From the human T2T-CHM13v2.0 reference genome, Homo sapiens: 64,000 nt of DNA. The stretch lies in NCBI RefSeq assembly GCF_009914755.1, contig NC_060946.1. One strand, given 5' to 3'. The notes below the pieces were generated by a model. It worked only from the letters and a program-made list of their open reading frames with translations. It was not told where the DNA came from and made no database searches. The translations under genes were made by a program, and so were the position numbers. Positions 55,530 through 64,000 of this stretch are shown here, one piece after another; position 1 is the stretch's first letter, and every line of letters starts with the position of its first letter.

Positions 55530-55830
55530 TTGGATAAAAGATGGATGGATAACAGATAGATGGATGGATGATGGATGAATGGATGAATGAAAGGATCTAT
55601 TGATGGGTAGATGGTAGATGAATGGATGGGAAAGTGGATGGATAACAGATAGATGGATGGATGATGGATGAATGGATGAATGGAAGGATCTATTGATGGG
55701 TAGATGGTAGATGAATGGATGGGTAAGTGGATGGATGGATGGATGGATGGATGGACAGGTGGATGGATACATGAATTGGTGGATGATAGATGGATGAGTG
55801 AATGAGTGGATAGATGCATAAATAGATGGC
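55530..55830. repeat. (GGAT)n-type repeat containing a 93-bp tandem duplication
   Basis: Units 55542-55634 and 55635-55727, 91/93 identical. Confidence 0.95.
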
Positions 55831-55835
55831 ATATC

Positions 55836-56322
55836 TGTGAGAGACCCAGTGGGAAATACGTGGTATTCTCAAACGGCTTCACTGAAAAGATGTTAATCAA
55901 AGAACTATATACAGAGGTATGGGCAGAATTTAGGGACCTAACAAGAGATGTTAAGACACACAGGTACTAGCAACAGAGTAACATGTTAGCACTCCTGGTC
56001 TTGAAGGAAAGAGCGGGGACAAATGTTCCTAGAACCTGCACCAGGGCCTTATAAGAGCTATGACTGTAGGTGGAAAATCACAGCCACTGCCAAAACAAGA
56101 GCCCAGAACGGAGGAAGTGGGCAATAAAAACGACAGCCTCGCTCTCCTCCACTCTCTCATCTCCTCTTGGTGCCTTCCATTGACCCAGTTCACCTGGAAG
56201 CCGTTAGGGAGGGAGCCTGGGTTTTGCAGCCCACAGAGGAGGGCCTCTTGTATTCTAGTGGAATACAGCAGAGCAAAGAGGGGTAGAGAGAAGATCTGGA
56301 AGACAAAAGGAAAATAATCAGA
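55836..56322 (-). mobile_element. LTR67B-like ERVL LTR
   Basis: CTCTCTCATCTCCTCTTGGTGCCTTCCATTG...GGTAGAGAGAAGATCTGGAAG resembles the reverse complement of the LTR67B 5' part. Confidence 0.65.
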
Positions 56323-56619
56323 AAATGAGTAGATGAATAAATGAGCAAATTAGTCTGGAGGGTGCTAAATCAGCAGAGAGGGCTCTGTGACAAGTGGATG
56401 TCCCATCCCAGGCCACAAGCCTCCTTGTAAATTTCTTATTAGTCAAAAAAGAGAGCATACTTTCAATTTTAAAAGTAGCGAAATCCTAATAACTGATCAT
56501 AATGAATGTCTATTTCTCAGTTATTTCACTGTCCGATGCAAGTCAGGGGCTGTTCTCTCAGAGACAACACAGGAAATCATCCCCTCGCTTCCTGGAGACT
56601 CCACCGTCTTTAATCTAGG

Positions 56620-56790
56620 ACATGCATCCTGGCTTTTAATTTGCCTCAACCTGAAAGCGATCCGTCACTTCCTCTCACATTCTACCCACCGGAAGTAGCC
56701 ACGTGACCCTGCCTAGAAGCAAGGAGGCTGGGAAATGCAATTTTCCTTTGTGCCCAACAAGTGCAATCGGTTTGGAGAAAGCAGCTAGCC
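56620..56790 (-). mobile_element. MLT1J/L-like LTR fragment
   Basis: CACATTCTA...GCAAGGAGGCTGGGAAATG. Confidence 0.55.
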
Positions 56791-58780
56791 TATCTGCTCC
56801 ATGTTGTTTCAGGACTCACAGCTGCCTGACGCAAAGAAAGAAAATCCAGTCTGCTCTGACCTCAGATGATAAGATTTAGGAACATGGATAAAAGCCTAAA
56901 GTTTGGAGTCACTACGACCTGGGCTTGAATCCAGTTCAGCTCCTTGCCAGCTAAATGAAACTAGAGAAATCATTCCAATTAGTTTCAGTGTCTCTAAAGT
57001 GGAAAATAATCAAGGCTTTGACAGTTGTCTAGCACAGCGCCTGGCACAGAATATGTACTCAAAGTTTTGTTAAGTGAGTTTACAAATGTTCTTATAAGGA
57101 TTGCAGATGGTGGAGCAGGTGAAGTGCCTTACACTGGAGGACACATCCCATGTTCTCCACCATTGTGAGTGTCATCCCATAAGCATTGGCTCCCTGGATC
57201 CAGAGACTTCCCGCTTGCAGGAAGAAGCTGATAATAACCCCAGAGGAGAGGAGGGATGCTTGCTGAGACCACGTTTTATGATGCAAAAATAAGGATGAGG
57301 GCTATTTCCCTGATTTGTGAATTTCTTTATATGCAACATCTTACATAGGTATAAAACTGACATTGCATTTAGTTATTCATTTTTCAAATGGCCTTTAGTA
57401 TAAAGAATATGACTCTGTGGCAGCCTGGGAAAAGCAGATTCCACTCACTGCTGTTGATGGAGGCTCCTAGCTGGCTGCAGGCTTGGCCAGGGCACTCGTG
57501 TCCTGGAGACACCTTGGGCTGGGACCCCCACCCCCAGATAAAGACACTCAAGGGTGGGCTAGAGGCTGTGGTCTAGTGGAAAGCAAGGACTGTGAAGTCT
57601 GAATGCCTGGGTTCTGACCCATGTCCCCATTCCTCAGCTGTGTGGTTTCAGACATGCTGCATAACCTCTCTCTGCCTCAGTGTTTGTTGTAAGAATTACA
57701 TTGAGTTTGTATATATGAGTACCCTAGTATGGGGCCAGGAAGATAGGAGGTGCTCAAAAGAAAGTGTGTTTGTTAGAGAAGGGTGAGTCCTTTGGTTATA
57801 CATTCAACAGACCTAAACTGAACACCCATAGGGTGCTGCTTACCAGGGTGAAAAAGACAGACGTGATCCCTGAGTGCACAATCTGGACGCAGGGATGGAT
57901 GTGGGAGGAACAATTCCACTGATGCATCTTTAACTGCAACTCCAAGGAAAAGTCTGGGGTGAGATGTGGCTAGAATCCCGATGGGCCCCAGATGGCTTTC
58001 AGGATCATGGATCCAAAGGCTCATTGTCAGAGCCCGCAGGGACATTTCAGGAGGCAGTGCCCCCGGCCAGTGTATGCTTGTGACATCAGAGCAGAGACCC
58101 CAGGCATCAAGGCCACAGAGTCACAAGTCAGCAGAGGCCTGGCCAAGCAGCAGAGGTTGAGATGGAAAGGACTGGACGGTGGTTCAGTTACACCAGCTGT
58201 GAATCAAGGCCTGCTTTCTCCATTCAGTAGGCTCCCATCCAGCTGAGGCCCTGCTATAACCTGTCTCCACCTTTCCAAGTGCCATGACTCTCAAGGGAGC
58301 TTCAGGCCTCCAGGATACAGGAGAGGATGTTTTAGGCATATCGGTGTCCTGTAGGCCAGAAAGGGGAGGAAGCAAAATAGAGAGAGAGCCTGGGTTGGGA
58401 GCCAAAGAATAGAGCTCAAGTCCCAGATTCCCTGCTTGCTATGCAACCTTTGAGAAACAGTTTCTCTGGGTGCTCAGTTTCCCTATCCATACAATGGAAA
58501 TAACCCTTGTGAGGATGGATGAAGCAAACCATTTGAAAGGACTGTAATTGAGTAGACTTTTGTCAAAGGCAGCAGAGTATTTAATTAAGAGGGAGGACCA
58601 GGCTCAGGAGTGGTGCTAGGCTGGATTCTAAACCTAGAGCCACTAGTTACCCACCATATGGCACTGGGTACATCACCAGTGCCTAACCTCTCTGGGCCTC
58701 AGTTTCTCTATCTGTAAAACTGGAAAAATGGAAGCAGTACCTGCATCTTTGGTCTGTTGTGAGGTTTAAAAGAAATGCTA

Positions 58781-59790
<1,010 letters not shown>

Positions 59791-61273
59791 TTGTGGGGTG
59801 ACTATTATCATTTCCAGGCTTCCCAAGCCATTGCACTCATGTCAGCACACACTTGGCTCACAGTAGGTGTTTCTTCCCAGTAGCTGGGAGCCTGATGGCT
59901 GATCCTGCTGGAGTAGCTGACCTCCACCCCATCCCCCTGCCAGAGTCACGTCTCCCATTCCCCTCTTCCAGACATTTTTCGGCCGCTTCCTTCTCTGTAG
60001 CCCAGACAAGCTGAGGTGTCAGCCCCTTTAATCATCCTCGGAGCCAATCTTCCCCTTCCCCTTAATGATGGAAGCCAGCTTGCCCTGGCCCCATTCCAAC
60101 TTATCTACATCTGTCTGAGACTGAGGGGCTCAGAGTGAACTCCAAATGCTCTCCAGATAACCACAGAGTTGTCCCAGCCCGAAGGAGCCTCAGAAAGCCC
60201 CATGTTCAATACCATTTCAGATACAAATGGGGAATGGTGTGGGCAAGTGAGCACCTTGCTCACTGGTTAATTGCACCGTTGGTTAGTTGCAGAGACACCA
60301 TTGGTTCCCAACTTGGCATTCTTCAGCTCCAACTGAAATGGCTCCCACATTTTGAATAGTTTTTTCCTCCTCCAGTGGAAGCCCTCATCTCTCTGTTCCA
60401 CAAGCCAGTGGCCCTTCCTCAGCAACCCTGAGAACTGCTGGGTTGTAACCACATTGGATGGTGACTTGGGGTCCACTATGATCCCCTGATTTCCTTACCT
60501 CAGTTGGATGTTGAGTGGCCAGAATTGTCTTAGTTCAGATCTACCATGCAGGAAGAAGGGAACACCAAGGAAGCAAGATGGGATCCAGGGAACTCTAACA
60601 GGAGCTGGCACTGGAATGTGGGAGGGAGCTTTGGGACCTGCCCTGCACTTCTTGTTACTTCCCAGGGCTGGCGCTGGCATGGCACACGTCTGTCCAGATA
60701 ACCAGAACTCTGTTCCCTGCACCCTCACTAACATGATGTCATCTTTGCTTAGATAACAGGCAAAACCAAGACTCCTGGTGTAGTTCTAATTCAAATTTCT
60801 CTTACTGGAGGTGAAGTTGAGCATCTTTTCATCTATTTTGGAAACATTTTCTTCTTAGTTTGTACTACTGTTTTATAAAGTAAAAAAGTTAGACCTTTTT
60901 CTGTAATACAAATCTTAAGTGTTTTCCTGGGCTTGTCTTTTTTATTTTGCATAGATTTTGCAATGCAGGTCTTTTAGTTGGATTTATAAACATTTTATTC
61001 AAATATTCCTGGATCATATTTTTATACCATCATTCATTCATTCATTCATTTAAAAATATGTAATGTATACCCATTGTTTGCAGGACTACAGAATGAAACA
61101 GGACAGACAAGGCCCTGCCCTCATGGAGCTCAGAATCTAGTAGGGAAGACAGAAGATGAGCACATAAACTCGTATTCACATAAGATACTTCCAGAGAGTG
61201 TGCAAATGCGTGACGAAAACAATAAAAGGTGACATGAAGGAAGGTCAAGGTTGAGAGAGGACCTGTATTCTAT

Positions 61274-61860
61274 TATATTAGTTATCTATTGCCACATAAC
61301 AAATGCCATAAATTTAGCAGCTGAAAACAACACACATTTATTGTGCAATGGTTTCTATGAGTCAAGCGTCTGGCTATGACTCGCTGGCGTCTTTACTCAA
61401 GGCTGCATTAAGATGCTGGCTGGGGGCTGTGCTTTCATCCCAAGGCTCAGCTGGGGAGCAATCTGCCTCCAAGTTCATTCAGGTTATTGGCAGAATTCAT
61501 TTCCTTGTGGCTGTTTGATCGAGGGCCCAAGCTTTTTGCTGGCTATCAGCTGGGGACTACCCTCTGGTCTCAGAGGCTACCTGCAGTTCATTACTACATC
61601 AAGCCAGCAAGGAGAGTTTCTCCCTTGGTCCCTCTTTTAAGGGATTTTACCTGATTAATTCAGGTCCACCCAGAATACCTCCACCTTTGCTACACAGCAT
61701 AACCTAACCACGAGAGTGACGCCCCGTGACCTCTGCTACATTTACTGGTTAGGAGCAAGTGGGTCACAAATTCCATCCCTACTCAAGGGTAGGGATGACA
61801 AAGGCATGCATGCCAGGAAGGGAAGAATTATTTCCGGCACCCTAGGCTCTGTCCACCACA
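61274..61860 (-). mobile_element. MLT1E-like MaLR LTR nested in a minus-strand L2 (61030-62060)
   Basis: TATTAGTTATCTATTGC...AAAACAACACACATTTATT...TTGGCAGAATTCATTTCCTTG...CCACCACA. Confidence 0.85.
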
Positions 61861-63166
61861 TAGATTGTGGCAAAGAAGGTCTTTCTGAAGAGATGACAAG
61901 CTAAAACCTGAACAATCAGAAGGAGACAATTGTACAAAGACATAGGGAAGTGGTTTTCCTGGTAAGAGGGCACAGCAAGTGCAAAGATCGTGAGGTGATT
62001 ATGAATTTGCAGAAAATTGAGAAGTTGGATATGAGTGGAGGACATTGGAGAGGGAGATGGTAGGATGACACAATGAATGCAATACCATGCAATACAATTA
62101 CATTAAATTCAATTAAAGTGGAGAGAATTAGAGCCAGGACGGCAGAGCTATAAACCAGAAGACCTGACCTCAAGTCCCAGTTCTGTGAGCCTGGCCTGCA
62201 AGCCCCTAAGTTGCAGAGTAACCCTAGGCCACTCTCCTTCCTCCTTAACCTGCTCTTCCTCCTCCGTGGACTGAAGGGGACCGAGGCTAATGACCCTGCA
62301 GACCTTTCTAGCTTGAGCAACCCCAGAGTCTCTGATTAACTAAATGACACCTCCAGCTAATTAACCAATAGTGCCAAATTAATTAAGGCCTGAGAAAGTG
62401 ATTATCTCAACCCTGGGCTTTCTTATGCTTCTTGGATATCATCGGAGGGAAAACGGGGACTATGCAACAACAAAGAATGCAAGAAACACCCAGGGGAGCA
62501 GGGGTGGGGGCTTTCAATCACCTGGAATCAATGCACAGTATTCCTGACTCTCGCTGGAATACTGTGGGTCTGCACAAATCATTAAGCCCCACTCTGTTGG
62601 CAGGATACTTGGTCCGAGGTCCAGCTTTCCTCACTGGAAATCCACACGGGGTTAGTTTGGCCCCATGAAGCATGGGGATTGAATTTCTCTGCTCATCCTT
62701 GTCATGGAAAAGCAGAAATGTGGTGGTAGTTAGAAGTTTGGGATTTGTTGGGGATTTATTCTTTTTTTTTGGTCAGTTTCAGAAAAGTCATTGACTTTCA
62801 GTGGATCTGAAGTGAAGGCCCTGGATGGAAGAACAGGGTAGGCCCCAATCATAGCAGGAATGCATCCAAATTTCTTTGCATCATTTTCAGGGAGAATATA
62901 AGCTATACCCTGTTGAGACAGGGACAGAAGGGAGGGACTTTTCATTACCACACAGTTGGTCCTGTTGTGTGGTCACCTTGAAGGTTCATGGTTCGAAAAG
63001 GAGCCTGAGTGAATGGGAGGTGCTGAGAGAGAATGCTAAGAATCAAAGTTCAGAAGAGAGAGTTGGGGATTGGGCTGGGGTGCTGTCCAGCCACAGGGCT
63101 GATGGTCCCAATAGCCCTTCACTGCAGCAGATAGGGAGTTTGGCTACAGAAAGATTTCCTGTGTGT

Positions 63167-63464
63167 GGTCGGGTGTGGTGGCTCATGCCTGTAATCCCAG
63201 CACTTTGCGAGGCCAAGGCAGCCAGATCACGAGGTCAGGAGATTGAGACTATCCTGGCTAACATGGGGAAACCCCATCTCTACTAAAAATACAAAAAAGT
63301 AGCCAGGCGTAGTGGTGGGCACCTGTAGTCCTAGCTACTCAGGAGGCTGAGGCAGGAGAATTGCTTGAACCAGGAGGCAGAGGTTGCAGTGAGCTGAGAT
63401 CGCACTACTGCCCTCCATCCTGGGTGACGGAGCGAGACTCTGTCTCGAAAAAAAAAAAAAAAAA
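63167..63464 (+). mobile_element. AluSc8/Y-like
   Basis: GATCACGAGGTCAGGAGATTGAGACTATCCTGGCTAAC; TSD AAAGATTTCCTGTGTGT/AAAGGCTTCCCGTGTGT. Confidence 0.95.
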
Positions 63465-64000
63465 GGCTTCCCGTGTGTGATGACAATTGATATTGTTTTT
63501 GGAAACAGATTTTTTTTTTTTTTTTGTAAAATTGATGCTTTCCAATTGTATAAGAAAACATAAGGGAGGAGGAGGGATGAAGATAGGGAGAAAAGACAAG
63601 CATTTAAAAGTACAAGGATGAAAGGAAAAACATCCTTTAGTGCCTCTGGTCTTGCTAGTCCCCCTAGAATGCAGCCCCTTGAAGGGAACCATATTGTCCC
63701 ACATGTACCTCCAGGGTCTCCGCTAAGGAGAAAAGATACTCCTACAGGGAAAAACATGGTACACTCGAGGACTCTCTTGGGAGGATCATCAATCCCCCAG
63801 CTCCATGCATATCCAATTGGTTGGAACCATTTACAGCATAGAAGGGGAGGCAAGACTTGCTGTGCCCACCTTCCCACACCTCCAGGCCTGGTGCCATGTG
63901 ATATAAATCGTGGGCTCTGCAATTGTGCCTGCGTCCACTTCCCATAATCTTGGAGCTCCCCATGAAGGAGAAAACAGGCAGAGTGTGATTTCACAGAGTG

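Noticed and set aside
63335-63994. Longest ORF in the track (219 aa, minus)
   Set aside because: Runs through poly-A/T tracts into an Alu; no domain similarity

Overview
Primate (most likely human or ape) non-coding genomic DNA from a gene desert or a very large intron. I cannot name the locus from sequence alone. I find no credible protein-coding exon, tRNA, rRNA or snRNA gene. Many ORFs in the track come from Alu, L1, LTR or microsatellite sequence, and the rest look like chance ORFs. The only real coding relic is a disrupted L1 ORF2 (reverse transcriptase FADD motif) inside a ~2.7 kb 5'-inverted (twin-primed) L1PA7-like insertion that sits in the tail of an AluJ. The window also carries 12 Alus (J, S and Y types), several old L1M pieces, about 14 MaLR/ERVL solo LTRs, hAT-type MITEs (MER58A/B, MER5, MER53, MER94), very many MIR and L2 fragments, and several microsatellites. 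Between the repeats lie repeat-free islands with homeodomain, POU, C/EBP and STAT-like motifs, several retaining CpGs, which look like distal enhancers. I did not find a convincing new biological system. The best leads are (i) short locally templated duplications, (ii) a strong minus-strand bias of LTRs hinting at a plus-strand transcription unit, and (iii) the candidate enhancer islands. Repeat family names come from recalled consensus sequences, not a RepeatMasker run. Boundaries of old elements are approximate (tens of bp), and only representative MIR/L2 copies are listed.
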